From Owenia fusiformis (Eukaryota), in assembly GCA_903813345.2 (NCBI GenBank), contig CAIIXF020000001.1, positions 27,094,001 to 27,158,000 of the forward strand: a DNA stretch of 64,000 nucleotides. Reading direction: 5' to 3'. Positions within the stretch are counted from its first letter, which is position 1. Each line of letters starts with the position of its first letter. Positions 8,744 through 23,836 of this stretch are shown in pieces. Below the pieces are notes generated by a model. That model worked only from the letters and a program-made list of their open reading frames with translations, did no database searches and was not told where the DNA came from. Position numbers and translations under genes: made by a program.

Positions 8744-11700
8744 TTAATTTTTGAATCGTCTCTTGTAGAGCCTGTACAGACTTACCTTCTTCTAAGGCCA
8801 CCGTATCGTGGCCTTCCTGGAAAGATAATTTCCTGCATGAACAATTGGTCATGTCGTAATCATAAAATTTGAAATCATATGTCCGCCATTTTTCCACATC
8901 ACAATTTGAATTGCGAGTTTTGGTCTTATTACCTCACCAAAAATTCCAAAACACACATGGAGTGATCAGTGTATTAGTTCACATCTTCTGGATCGCTAAC
9001 TTAGAATTTACAGCCAGTTACTAATGTCAGACGTTAACGGCATTTCGTCCAGTTTTCGAATATCGCCATTTTTCTTGGAGCCATTTTGTTTTAATTTTAG
9101 ACAAAATCCTGACGAAATCATGTCATATGTCATAAATGAGCCGAGCCGGTTCCGTTTTAATTTATGATTTATTTATCTGGCGATTTTTAAAATATTCAAT
9201 AAATTTATGACACGGCGGCCAGCTTTTTTCAATTGGAGTTCACAGTATTCCAGATGAAATCACCTCTAGCCAAGTATTGGCTAGAGACTCGAGTAAGTAC
9301 AGACTATTGTTTGAAATGAACCTAGATTATTAGCCATGGCATATGCAAATTAGAACTGTTTTTATGTGGCGACATATTACCACGGTGACCAAGTGTTAAC
9401 AGTGGAGATTGTCCCGGACGTGTTTTTTCAAACGATTTAGACGTATTTTTGGAAAACTTGAGAGGTAGGTTGATAAAGGACGATGTGCAATTATTGACAA
9501 ATATCCCTATGGTCAAAATGAATCATTCGTAGGTGTAACATGAAGAATAAAATGTCATATAATACTTTGGAAAATATTAAAGTGCTCGGACACACATAAG
9601 CTGAGATATGGATCATTTCGTTCAGTAAGGTTGTATTGACTTACATGGGGATGTGCACCATTGACTTAACATGAGGATATCAGCAGATCCCAATAGAGGC
9701 CATTGGTATCAATTGATTATCACAGAAATGCCAAAAATACACTATGACCTGAATCGATTGCAAACTTAACTAGACATGTAAATTGAACAAGTTCAATTTA
9801 AGACTCCAGATTTAAAACTTTTTTTAAGCTGAGTCATCCAGTACTTGTAAGCTGAGTCATTCAGAATAAGCTGAGTCAGCTAGAATATAGACATTTAGAC
9901 AACTTTTAAGAAGGCTATCTTCGACTCTATTGGCTTAACATGGGGATATCATCATATCAACTTTTCGAGACTTCAAACCGCTATAACTATCTAACCAGAA
10001 GTTAGATTGAAATTTGGTTTAAAGATTCTGATTTCTGAGAAAATTCTACCCTTAATTCATAACTCATACGTTAAATTTGGAGAATTTTTTATTTTGACCT
10101 ACATTTCGGACACCATATCTCAAAAGTGGGTCAAAAAACTTTCTGACGGCAGAAGGCTAACACTATAAGCACACTCTTTGCTACCTGTATACAAAATTTT
10201 GAACCAAATCCTTGAAGTGTAATGTCAGAATCGCAAAAATAAGGAAAAACTATGAATTTGACCTAGATCTTGACCAAGGCATTTTTGCGTCCAAATTTTA
10301 AAGCTAGATAGCCTTCGAGGTCCCCTCCTTTTATAGGCTTTCAGAATATTAAGCTGTACTCAGTCTATATCTGGTATTTTACACTTCAAAAAATCCTTTT
10401 TCTCATTGACATAACATGGGGCACCAAATTTAGCGATTTTTGAGCTTTCAAAACGCCATAACTTTCAAACCGGAAGTCGGATCGAAATTTGGTTTGCAGA
10501 TCCGGATTCCTGACAAAATTCTACCCCTAATTCATAACTCATACGTTAAATTTGGAATTTTTTTATTTTGACCTACTTTTTGGACACGCCATAACTTCCG
10601 AACCGGAAGTCGGATTGAAATTTGGTTTGCAGATTCAGATTCCTGAGAAAATTCTACCCTTAATTCATAACTCATACGTTGAATCTGGAGAACTTTTTAT
10701 TTTGACCTACTTTTCGGACACCATATCTCAAAAGTGGGTCAAAATACTTTTTGACGGCAAAAGGCTAACACTATTAGCACACTCTTTGCTACCTGTATAC
10801 AAAATTTTGAAGTAAATTATTAAAGTGTAGTGTCAGAATCGTAAAAATAAGGAAAAACTATGAATTTGACCTAGATTTTGACCTAGGCATTTTGGTGTCC
10901 AAATTTCGAAGATATGTAGCTTTTGAGGTCCCCTTCTTTTATAAGCATTCATTATGTTAAGCTGTACTCAGTCAATATCCTGTATTTTACACTTCGAAAA
11001 AGTCTTTTTTCCAATTGACTTAACATAGGCACCAAATTTAGCGATTTTTGAGCTTTCAAAACGCCATAACTTCCGAACCGGTAGTCCGATCCAAATTTGG
11101 TTTGCAGATTCGGATTCCTGAGATCATTCTACACTTATTTCATAACTCACATGTTGAATTTGGAGAGTTTTTTGTTCTGACCTACTTTTCGGACGCAATA
11201 TCTCAAAATCGGTAAGAGTAATCAAAAAACGATTTGCCTTACGGAATTAGCGTTTTTTCCAAGGAACATGATGAAAAAAACCCGGAGCAAAAATATTGAA
11301 AGACGACTGAGAAAAGTGGTGAATTAGTGAAAATCCAAGATTTGACCTAGTTCTTGACCTATGACCTAGATAGAAATTTGACCTAATTTCCCAGAAAGCC
11401 GGATACAGTTCTTAGTTAACCATGTTAGTTGGATTAAGTAAGCTGTTATAGTTGACGAGAAATTTGGTGAGGAGGAAGAATAATAACTAGACATGTAAAT
11501 TGAACAAGTTCAATTTAAGACTCCAGATTTCAAACTTTTTTCAAGCTGAGTCATCCAGAACTTGTAAGCTGAGTCATTCAGAATAAGCTGAGTTAGCTAG
11601 AATATAGACATTTAGACAACTCTTAAGAATGTTATCTTCGACTACATTGGCTTAACATGGGGATATCATCATATCGACTTTTCGAGACTTCAAACCGCTA

Positions 11701-12990
11701 TAACTATCTAATCAGAAGGCTAACACTATAAGCACTCTCTTTGCTACTTGTATACAAGATTTCGAAGCAAATCATTAAAGTGCAATGTCGAAATCGCAAA
11801 AATAAGGAAAAACTATGAATTTGACCTAGATTTTGACCTAGGCATTTTGGTGTCAAAATTTTAAAGCTAGATAGCCTTTGAGGTCCCCTTCTTTTATAGG
11901 CTTTCAGAATGTTAAGCTGTACTCAGTTTATATCTGGTATTTTACACTTCAAAAAATCTTTTTTCTCATCGACATAACAAAGGGCACCAAATTTAGCGAT
12001 TTTTGAGCTTTCAAAATGCCATAACTTCTGCACCGAAAGTCGGATTGAAATTTGGTTTGCAGATTCGGATTCCTGGGAAAATTCTACCCTTAATTCATAG
12101 CTCATATGTTAAATTTGGAGAATTTTTTATTTTGACCTACTTTCCGGACACCATATCTCAAAAGTGGGTCAAAATACTTTCTGACGGCAAAAGGCTAACA
12201 CTATTAGCATACTTTTTGCTATCTGTATACCAAATTTCAAGGAATATTATTTAAGTGTAGTGTCAGATTCGCAAAATTAAGGAAAAACTCAAACTTTGAC
12301 CTAGATTTTGACCTTGGCTTTTTAGTGTTCAAATTTTGAGACAAAGTAGATTTTGAGGTCAACTCTTCTTGTAGGCTTTCATTATGTTGGCTGCATTAAG
12401 TCTAAATACCGTGTTTTTCCAATTCATAATTTTCTTCAGCCCCATTGACTTAACATGGGGCACCAAAATAGCGATTTTTGAGACTTCAAACCGCCATAAC
12501 TTTCGAACCGGAACTCGGATTGAAATTTGGTTTGCAGATTCTGATTCCTGAGAAAATTCTACATATATTTCATAACTCACACCTTGAATTTGGAGAATTT
12601 TTTGTTTTGACCTACTTTCCGGACGCCATATTTAAAAATCGGTAAAGATAATCAAAAATCTAATGTCATATCTTTGCTTCGGCTATTTCTTAACTACATA
12701 ATGAAAAAAAGATGAAGGAGTTCCGATAATTATCGAAGAAGATAATTGAAAGAATGTTGAAAATGTAAGATTTGACCTAGTTCTTGACCTTTGACCTAGA
12801 TAAAAATTTGACCTAATTTCCCAGAAAGCCGGATACAGTCTTTAGTTAACCATGTAAGTTGGATTAAGTAAGCTGTTATAGTTGACGAGAATTTTGGTGA
12901 GGAGGAAGAAAAAAGAAAGAACTAGATTTGTGAAATTGAACAAGTTCAATTTAAGACTCCAGATTTATTTGACCTAGATAGATCAGTAAA

Positions 12991-13210
12991 GAGCTGAGTA
13001 AGTAACTGAGTAATTAGCTGAGTAAGTACCTTAGTAGTAGTTGAGTTAGTAGCTGAGTAAGTAACTGAGTAAAAAGCTGAGAAGGTAGCTGAGTAAGTAG
13101 CTGAGTAAGTAGCTGAGTAAGTACCTGAGTTAGTAGCTGAGTAAGTTGCTAAGTAAGTAATAACTAATTAAGTAATTGAGTAAGTAGTCAAATAAGTAGC
13201 TGAGTAGGTA
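12991..13210 (+). repeat. 12-bp minisatellite (GCTGAGTAAGTA)n inside the third element
   Basis: Degenerate tandem copies are visible directly. Confidence 0.85.
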
Positions 13211-14489
13211 GAGAGGTAAAGTAGGGTATGCAGGAATTTTTGAAAATATATTTGATCAATCTGCATCGTGAATACTGGCAAGTGCGAATTTCAAACTTCA
13301 AAATGGCGTAGAATCTAAACCGGGGGTCGGATTGCAATTTTAATTTCAGATCCGGATTCCTGAGGAAATTCTACCCCTAATTCATAACTCATACTTTAAA
13401 ATTGGAGATTTTTTTATTTTGACCTACATTTCGGACACCATATCTCAAAAGTGGGTCAAAAAACTTATTGACGGCAAAATGTTACATTATTAGCACACTC
13501 TTTGCTACAAGTATACAAAATTTCGGAGAATATCATTGAAGTGTAGTGTCAGAATCGCAAAATAAAAAAAAACTATGAATTTGACCTAGATTTTGAACTA
13601 GGTATTTTGGTGTCCAAACTTTGAAGGAAAGTAGCTTTTGAGGTCCCCTTCTTCTATGGGCTTTCATTATGTTTAGCTGTACTCATTCTTTATATCGTAT
13701 TTTTACACTTCAAAAAATTATTCGGTCCCATTGATTTAACATGGGGCACCAAATTTAGCGATTTTTGAGATCTCAAAACGCCATAACTTCAGAACAAGTA
13801 GTCGGACCGAAATTTGGTTTGCAGATCTAGATTTCTGAGAAAATTCTACCCTTAATTCATAACTCATACGTTAAATTTGGAAAACATTTTACTTTGGCCT
13901 ACTTTTTGGACACCATATCTCAAAAGTGGGTCAAAATACTTTCTGACGGCAAAACGCTAACACTATTAGCATACTCTTTGCTACCTGTATACAACATTTT
14001 AAAGCAAATCATTTAAATATAGTGTCAGAATCGCAAAAATAAGGGATAACTATAAATTTGACCTAGATTTTGACCTAGGCATTTTGGTGTCCAAATTTTG
14101 GAGCTAAGTATCCTTTGAGGTCCCCTTCTTTAATAGCTTTCATTATATTAAGCTGTACTCAGTCTATATCTTGTATTTTACACTTCAAAAAAAATCTTTT
14201 TTTTCCATTAACATAACATGGGGCACCAAATTTAGCGATTTTTGAGCTATCAAAACGACATAAATTCCAAACCAAAAGTCGGATTTAAATTTGGTTTGCA
14301 GATTTGGATTCCTCAGAAAATTCTACCCTTAATTCATAACTCATACGTTAAATTTGGAGAACTTTTTAGTTTGACCTACTTTTCGGACACCATATCTCAA
14401 AAGTGGGTCAAAATACTTTCTGACGGCAAAAGGCTAACACTATTAGCACACTCTTGACTACATGTATACAAATTTTCGAAGAATATAAA

Positions 14490-16000
14490 TAATCTGTAGT
14501 GTCAGAATCGCAAAATTAAGGAAAAACTTTAGATTTGACCTAGGCATTTTGGTGTCCAAATTTTTATGAAAAGAAGGTCTTGTGGTCCCTTTCTTTTATG
14601 GGCTTCCATTATGTTTAGCTGTGCTTAGTCTATATCTCGTATTTTACTCATTCAAAAAAATATTTTTTCCCATTGAATTAACATGGGGCACCAAATTTAG
14701 CGATTTTTGAATTTTCAAAACGCCATAACTTCTGAACCGGAAGTCAGATCGAAATTTGGTTTTCAGATTCTGAATCCTGACAAAATTCTACCCCTAATTC
14801 ATAACATATACGTTAAATTTGGAATTTTTTTATTTTGACCTACTTTTTGGACACGCCATAACTTCCGAACCGGAAGTCGGATCGAAATTTGGTTTGCAGA
14901 TTCGGATTTCTGAGAAAATTCTACCTTTAATTCATAACTCATACGTTGAATTTGGAGAACTTTTTATTTTGACCTACTTTTCGGACACCATATCTCAAAA
15001 GTGGGTCAAAATACTTTCTGACGGCAAAAGGCTAACACTATAAGCACACTCTTCGCTACCTGTCTACAAAATTTGGAAACAAATCATTTAAGTATAGTGT
15101 CAGAATCGCAAAAATAAGTTAAAACTTTGAATTTGACCTAGATTTTGACCTAGGCATTTTGGTGTCCAAATTTTTATGAAAAGAAGGTCTTGTGGTCCCT
15201 TTCTTTTATGGGCTTCCATTATGTTTAGCTGTGCTTTGTCTATATCTCGTATTTTACACTTCAAAAAAATATTTTTTCCCATTGAATTAACATGGGGCAC
15301 CAAATTTAGCGATTTTTGAATTTTCAAAACGCCATAACTTCTGAACCGGAAGTCAGATCGAAATTTGGTTTTCAGATTCTGAATCCTGACAAAATTCTAC
15401 CCCTAATTCATAACATGTACGTTAAATTTGGAATTATTTTATTTTGACCTACTTTTTGGACACGCCATAACTTCCGAACCGGAAGTCGGATCGAAATTTG
15501 GTTTGCAGATTCGGATTTCTGAGAAAATTCTACCTTTAATTCATAACTCATACGTTGAATTTGGAGAACTTTTTATTTTGACCTACTTTTCGGACACCAT
15601 ATCTCAAAAGTGGGTCAAAATACTTTCTGACGGCAAAAGGCTAACACTATTAGCACACTCTTCGCTACCTGTCTACAAAATTTGGAAACAAATCATTTAA
15701 GTATAGTGTCAGAATCGCAAAAATAAGTTAAAACTTTGAATTTGACCTAGATTTTGACCTAGGCATTTTGGTGTCCAAATTTTTATGAAAAGAAGGTCTT
15801 GTGGTCCCTTTCTTTTATGGGCTTCCATTATGTTTAGCTGTGCTTTGTCTATATCTCGTATTTTACACTTCAAAAAAATATTTTTTCCCATTGAATTAAC
15901 ATGGGGCACCAAATTTAGCGATTTTTGAATTTTCAAAACGCCATAACTTATGAACCGGAAGTCAGATCGAAATTTGGTTTTCAGATTCTGAATCCTGGGA
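14490..16000 (+). repeat. Near-identical 609-bp tandem units
   Basis: GGCACCAAATTTAGCG recurs at ~14687, 15296 and 15905. Duplicated spurious ORFs are offset by 609 (14819/15428, 15100/15709). Confidence 0.85.
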
Positions 16001-19000
16001 AAATTTCCTATAAGACTGATATCCTCGACATTGGATTCGGTGAAATTTGTTTTGGACCTCGTTTTCGGACACTGATATCTCGAAATCGGTTTGAGATACA
16101 AAAAAACTAAATCGACCCTAGGTTTTCTACTTTTTTATGAGGAACACAATGAAAAAAACCAGGATCAAAAATATTGAAGGACGACCGAGATAATGGGAAA
16201 AAGTGACAAAGTACTGGATTTGACCTAGTTCTTGACCTTTGACCTAGATAAAAATTTGACCTAATTTCCCATCATCCCAGATACATTCCCTAGTTAATCA
16301 TGTAAGCAGCTTAAAGTAAGCTCTTCTAGTTGGTGAGAAATCTGGGAAGGAGGAAGAAGAATAATAATAATAAAGAAAACTGGCAAAAGCAATAGACTCC
16401 AGATTTTCATCTGGAGTCTAATAACTAGACATGTAAATTGAACAAGTTCAATTTAAGACTCCAGATTTAATTCTTTTTTTAAGCTGAGTCATCCAGAATA
16501 CTTGTAAGCTGAGTCATCCAGAATAAGCTGATCGAGTCAGCTAGAATTTAGACATTTAGACAACTCTCCATTTTTTATCTTCGACTCCATTGGCTTAACA
16601 TGGGGATATCATCATATCGACTTTTCGAGACTTAAAACCGCTATAACTATCTAACCAGAAGTTAGATTGTATTTTGGTTTAAAGATTCGGACTCCTGAGA
16701 AAATTCTACCCTTAATTCATAACTCATATGTAAAATTTGGAGAATTTTTTATTTTGACCTACTTTTCGGACACCATATCTCAAAAGTGGGTCAAAATACT
16801 CTCTGACGGCAAAGGCTAACACTATAAGCTCACTCTTTGCTACCTGTATACAAAATTTCGAAGCAAATCCTAAAAGTGTAGTGCCAGAATCGCAAAAATA
16901 AGGAAAAACTATGTATTTGACCTGGATTTTGACCTAGGGATTTTGGTGTCCAAATTTTAAAGCTAGATAGCCTTCGAGGTCCCCTTCTTTTATAGACTTT
17001 CAGAATCTTAAGCTGTACTCAGTCTTTATCTGGTATTTTACACTTCAAAAAAATCTTTTTTCTCATTGACATAACATGGGGCACCAAAATTAGCGATTTT
17101 TGAGCTTTCAAAACGCCATAACTTCCCAACGAAAAGTCGGATTGAAATTTGGTTTGCAGATTCGGATTCCTGAGAAAATTCTACCCTTAATTCATAACTC
17201 ATAAGTTAAATTATGAGAAATTTTTATTTTGACCTACTTTACGGACACCATATCTCAAAAGTGGGTCAAAATACTTTCTGACGGCAAAAGGCTCTCACTA
17301 TTAGCACACTCTTTGCTACCTGTATACAAAATTTTGAAGCAAATCCTAAAAGAGTAGTGCCAGAATCGCAAAAATAAGGAAAAACTATGAATTTGACCTA
17401 GATTTTGACCTAGGCATTCTGGTGTCCAAATTTCGAAGCTATGTAGCTTTTGAGGTCCCCTTCTTTTATAGGCATTCAATATGTTAAGCTGAACTCAGTC
17501 TATATCTTGTATTTTACACTTCGAAAAAGCCTTTTTTCCCATTGACTTAACATGGGCACCAAATTTAGCGATTTTTGAGATTTCAAAACGCTATAACTTC
17601 CAAACCGGAAGTCGGATCAAAATTTTGTTTGCAGATTCGGATTCCTGAGATAATTCTACACTTATTTGATAATTCACACGTTGAATTTGGAGAATTTTTT
17701 ATGTTCTGACCTACTTTTCGGACGCCATATCTCAAAATCGGTAAGAGTAATCAAAAAACGGTTTGCCTTACGGAATTAGCTTTTTTTCTAAGGAACATGA
17801 TGAAAAAAACCCGGAGCGAAAATACCAAAGGACGACTGAGAAAACTTGTGAAATAGCAAAAAGAGACGATTTGACCTAGTTCTTGACCTTTGACCTAGAT
17901 AAACATTTGACCTAATTTCCCAGAAACTAGAACTCATTACCTAGTTGACTATGTTAGCAGATTTTAGAAAGTCCCTCTAGTTGCTGAGAAAACGCGGAAA
18001 GAAAGAAAAATAATAATAATAATAATAACTAGACATGTAAATTGAACAAGTTCAATTTAAGACTCCAGATTTAAACTTTGTTTAAGCTGAGTCATCCAGA
18101 ACTTGTAAGCTGAGTCATTCAAAATAAGCTGAGTCAGCTAGAATATAGACATTTAGACAACTTTTAAGAAGGCTATCTTCGACTCTATTAGCTTAACATG
18201 GGGATATCATCATATCGACTTTTCGAGACTTCAAACCGCTATACCTATCTAACCAGAAGTAAGTTCGAAATTTGATTTAAAGATTCTGATTCCTGAGAAA
18301 ATTCTACCCTTAATTCATAACTCATACATTAAATTTGGAGAATTTTTTATTTTGACCTACATTTCGGACACCATATCTCAAAAGTGGGTCAAAAAACTTT
18401 CTGACGGCAGAAGGCTAACACTATAAGCACACTCTTTGCTACCTGTATACAAAATTTTTAAGCAAATCCTTAAAGTGTAATGTCAGAATCGCAAAAATAA
18501 GGAAAAACTATGAATTTGACCTAGATTTTGACCAAGGCATTTTTGCGTCCAAATTTTAAAGCTAGATAGCCTACGAGGTCCCCTCCTTTTATAGGCTTTC
18601 AGAATATTAAGCTGTACTCAGTCTATATCTGGTATTTTACACTTCAAAAAATCCTTTTTCTCATTGACATAACATGGGGCACCAAATTTAGCGACTTTTG
18701 AGCTTTCAAAACGCCATAACTTTCGAACCGGAAGTCGGATCGAAATTTAATTTGCAGATTCAGATTCCTGACAAAATTTTACCCCTAATTCATAACTCAT
18801 ACGTTAAATTTGGAAATTTTTTATTTTGACCTACTTTTTGGACACGTCATAACTTCCGAACCGGAAGTCGGATCGAAATTTAGTTTGCAGATTCGGATTC
18901 CTGAGAAAATTCTACCCTTAATTCATAACTCATACGTTGGATCTGGAGAACTTTTTATTTTGACCTACTTTACGGACACCATATCTCAAAAGTGGGTAAA

Positions 19001-22000
19001 AATACTTTCTGACGGCAAAAGGCTAACACTATGAGCACACTCTTTGCTACCTGTATACAAAATTTTGAAGCAAATTATTAAAGTGTAGTGTCAGAATCGT
19101 AAAAATAAGGAAAAACTATGAATTTGACCTAGATTTTGACCTAGGCATTTTGGTGTCCAAATTTTGAAGCTATGTAGCTTTTGAGGTCCCCTTGTTTTAT
19201 AAGCATTCATTATGTTAAGCTGTACTCAGTCTACATCTTGTATTTTACACTTCGAAAAAGTCTTTTTTCCCATTGACTTAACATAGGCACCAAATTTACC
19301 GATTTTTGAGATTTCAAAAGGCTATAACTTCCGAACGGGATGTCGGATCAAATTTTTGTTTGCAGATTCGGATTCCTGAGATAATTCTACACTTATTTGA
19401 TAACTCACACGTTGACTTTGGAGAACTTTTTATGTTCTGACCTACTTTTTGGACGCCATATCTCAAAATCGGTAAGAGTAATCAAAAAACGATTTGCCTT
19501 ACGGAATTAGCTTTTTTTCTAAGGAACATGATGAAAAAAACCCGGAGCAAAAATACCGAAGGACGACTGAGAAAACTTGTAAAATAGTGAAAACACACGA
19601 TTTGACCTAGTTCTTGACCTTTGACCTAGATAAACATTTGACCTAATTTCCCAGAAACTAGGTCTCATTACCCAGCTGACTATGTTAGCAGATTTTAGTA
19701 AGTCCTTCTAGTTGCTGAGAAAACTGGCAAAGAAAGAATAATAATAATAATAATAAGAAAACTGGCAAAAGCAATAGACTCCAGATTTTCAATCTGGAGT
19801 CTAATAATAAGAAAACTGGCAAAAGCAATAGACTCCAGATGAAATCTGGAGTCTAATAATAATAATAATAATAAAGAAAACTGGCAAAAACAATAGACTC
19901 CAGATTTTCAATCTGGAGTCTAATAATTTCACAATACGACACAAATGGTTTATCTCATCAAATGTGCAAATATGAAGTTTGCAATCGATTCAGGTCATAC
20001 TTAAAATTAAAAGATTGTACATTTTTTCATCATTTTTTTCCCTACAAAATGGCTATAGAAAAATGCTCCAAAAACAACTTTTACACTTATCAAATATCAT
20101 ACAAGTTTGTAAAACCAAAGATTATACTATTATATTTAATTATGTAGTAACATATTTGGATAAGATGCAGGGATGCGTAGGATGTAAATGGATTTTGACA
20201 GACACAAAAATACTTCCTGGTTCGGAATCTATACCTCTACACTTCATGATTGAATTATGACCCTAATAAGTGGCCTATACATCAATACAGTGCTGAATAT
20301 AGGTCAACAAGATACTAGTGTGCATATAAATGTAATAATTGAAGCAGAATACTCATTTTGAAAAATCAGATGAATTATTTTTTTCCCATGGGGAGATCCC
20401 AATGGCGGGTGTATAACGTCCTTTGGTTATGAAAGTGCTGTCACTTGACTTCATGTAAATGTAAGTAATTTATATTGCTTACCATACTATATATTCTAAC
20501 TTCAGGTATCCCCAAACGCGTTATGTGTACGAATCTTATGATATAGCCTTGTTAAATCGGAAAATGAGCGATTCTGGCAGTGTTACACATATTTTTGCCT
20601 GAACTCACAATATGTGCGAGAACCACAAATTAAAAGAGCTTAAATAAGTAGCAATTGACCGAATATTTTTTTGGTATATAAATGCGAGTACTATAAAGTA
20701 TGATGGAATGATCCGCCAAAATAGATACGTGGGTATGAAGAAGAACATCTAAGGACGAAGTCAAGTAATGTTAGTTTGTAATATACCTTTTTCCTTCATT
20801 CTAACGAATGTCGTATTCCATGTTCTTACAAAACACGTCTAAATCGTTTGAAAAAACACGTCCGGATCGATTTCCATTGTTAAGATTGGGCAGCGTGTAT
20901 AACTATAGTCTTTAACTTTTTGAGAACAGTGCTCGGCGTCTGGCGGTCGGCATTCAGCGTCTGTATCAAATGGCAGGTGGTGAAATTTTGCATGCATGTT
21001 AATGCCTTGTCAAAATATCCCGAAACATTATTCAGTCAAGACAAGTACTATGGCATGAGACATACACTCTCCCCCATAAGTATGGCAATCGGAATCGAAG
21101 TTCCCCTATTATGTATAGACTGGGTCTTTTCTTGGAACTCTCGGAACAAGTGTTTCTTAACGTGTAACTCTTCATCATCGTTTAGGTACCAAAACTAGTA
21201 ACCCTGCTCTGAGGTCTATATTACGATTCGAACATGAAAACTCACCAAATTGTTTCGAATATTCATCATGGTCCGCCATTACTACGACCCAAAGTTATGA
21301 CGTCACACATTACACGTATTAACTGGGTGATTGATCTCGAATATAACCCAGCTGAAGCATTGACTTTGTTTACAGTTTATAGAAGGCGTGAATACAGTCA
21401 TGTTCGAAAGTTAATGTGCCTGAGTTAAATGGCAAAAAATGGATTTACAATGTTTTTGACTATGGTATTGTATTATCAAAGAAAGATCACGGTAATTTTC
21501 GTTTCGAGGATATGAAGCTTGTGAAGCTTGGGATTCTTCAAGTTGTGTTCTTTGAGTAGAATGGCGCTTGCAATGCAGAATTAAATGTTTTTGGGTTGCA
21601 CTCTTACAGACACATAGGAAATTATGGTGATTCAAGTGTAAGCATGAATTCAATGTTTTAAAGAACTTTGCCGGAAACAGACGTTGACGTATAGTGCTGC
21701 GGGAATTATATCATATTATATTATATCCCGGTGCCAGGAGTATATGATAAATATTTGTGATATCGTCATGATATTATATGCTCATTCGAAAGCTTACTCA
21801 CTACCTCATCGGGTTCTACTCACGGTATAGTCGGAATAGCTCGGTGGTAGCTTCGGGTCCTATATAATCGTACTCGTGACATAATCGGGTCTTTCATTTT
21901 CAACTTTCACCGGTGATTTCAATGATATGCAACGTATGGCAGTGAAATAAATATGATACATTTACACCTATTGTATCTTTGAATCGAATGAAGTAAAGAC

Positions 22001-23322
22001 AGCCATGGTTGTTACTTATTCAAGATGTAAATCATCATTCAAATATTTAAAAGTTGAATTTAGCGATTGGATAGTAAACATTGCGCTAAGTATTCATTAT
22101 TTTGAAAACATGAGTGCCTGGAACAATAACTTTATCAGTTACACACAATTCTGTGTTTTATCTGTTTCTCATATTGAGAAATTCAAGATATAAACAAAAG
22201 GTTATAACTCACCCCCTTCATTTTCAGACATCTTCGGGTCTTTGCTCGGCGGTAGGTTGTATATACACGGGTACTCTTTCCCCTCGTGCCAAAAACATGT
22301 TGGCAAGTTGAAATATTATCTAACCCTTGAAGTACCAGATTTAGATAACACTCGTTTTTAATTTATTTTTGAGATGTTTCATTTTCAAAATTATTGATTA
22401 ATATGCAAATGCTATATTTTATTATAAACGGGCTCAAAAGTACTGATTCAGCAAATTTTATGAAATTTGGGAGTGGTCAAAATATCATTGCAGTATTGAA
22501 TCATTGAACACTTTGGGCATAATACAGTGCAGTGTAGTATTATTCTTTTTACATTTTGAAAGTATTTTGAATTCTTATTCTACCCGCAAATTCTGTGTTA
22601 TTTATGTATTTGTAAGTGTAAAGCTGTGCTACATGTAAAAATGTTGAAGCATGTTCTCTGGCATCTGTTTCAATCTTGAATATGCAAAATAATGCAATTT
22701 GAATTAAATTCCAAATGTACATTAAAACTTCCCATTCATCGTTAGAACATAAACTGACTGTAGGAACTGTTGTTCTCGTGTTAATAATGTTCTATATGAT
22801 ATCTTATGTAAAAGAAAACAATTAAGATTGTACCAAATGTCATTAATGATGTTTGAGCCTAGCCTTAATGATGAATTTTCCGTCACAGGTAATGAAAAGA
22901 ACAATGTACATTATTATGCCTGAATCGATCCGACCATGTTTATCATGACCAGAATACTAAACACTTCACTTTTATATTTTATTGTTTTAAAAAATTCTGT
23001 CCAGTGCCAGCTGATAGCTTACCATCATATAGCAAACTCATTATCCCACCTATTGTCTTTTCGTCCGTCCGTTCGTTTGTCCGGACGATAACGAAAATAC
23101 CAGTTGACAGATTTGATTCAAATTTTATAGGTTCATTCTTTATATACTTTGTACACATTTTCAGTGAATTTGGTTCATCAATTGCTGGGAAAATACTTGT
23201 CAAAAAAGTGTCTCAATTTTTGGAACACCCAATATATACACTCAACAAGACTAATTCTAAACTTGCTTCACACCCCATTCGCCTGCCTTCTGGAATCTGG
23301 AATAAGACATTCCATTCTTTTA

Positions 23323-23836
23323 CCACGCCTAACCATCGACAACATGCATTGACAAAATATACGGGTGTACACTTTAGGTGTACGTTGTCATGTTTGAAGC
23401 GAAAATCGTGATGTAGGTTTTAAAGCATTTATCTAAGGAATATGACGAAGTATTTCATGTTTAATTTTATGTGCATGCTCTTGGCAAAACTTTTAACTTT
23501 CTAATTACGTTAACTGATTCTCAAGCAGAGCACGCGTTTTTTTCTAAGTAATTTCACCCGAGACGTCCATGTGAATATAACCAACATTTTCCAACCGGTC
23601 AATTATGTGGTTGGAATTTCCTTGAAAAAATTGGAGCAATGCTCGAGAATCTATTAACGTAATTGGAAAGTTAAACGTCTAGCCAAGAGCGTGCACGTAA
23701 AATTAAACATCATCACATTCCTTAGATAAATCTTTTAAAACCTACATCACAGTTTTTGCTTCAAACATGACAACACACAGCTAAAATGTACACCCCTAGA
23801 TTTTGTCACTGTACGTTGTCGATGGTTAGACGTGAT
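23323..23836. mobile_element. Fold-back (palindromic) MITE
   Basis: CACGCCTAACCATCGACAAC... at left and ...GTTGTCGATGGTTAGACGTG at right. The arms stay complementary, with mismatches, for >200 bp. Confidence 0.7.

Larger units (their letters stand above)
9769..19922 (-). mobile_element. Nested cluster of non-autonomous Helentron-like (HINE/DINE-1-type) elements with internal tandem repeats
   Basis: Five ends ACTAGA...AAATTGAACAAGTTCAATTT-AAGACTCCAGATTT (hairpin + subTIR) at 9769, 11486, 12921, 16424 and 18028. Four opposite ends TAGACTCCAGAT..ATCTGGAGTCTA at 16393, 19775, 19829 and 19894, next to (AAT)n. Internal units of ~440-610 bp. Confidence 0.75.

Noticed and set aside
10552-19034. Recurrent 60-130-aa ORFs (…KILPLIHNSYV…)
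   Set aside because: Chance frames in tandem repeat units with non-ATG starts and indels between copies; no transposase motifs.
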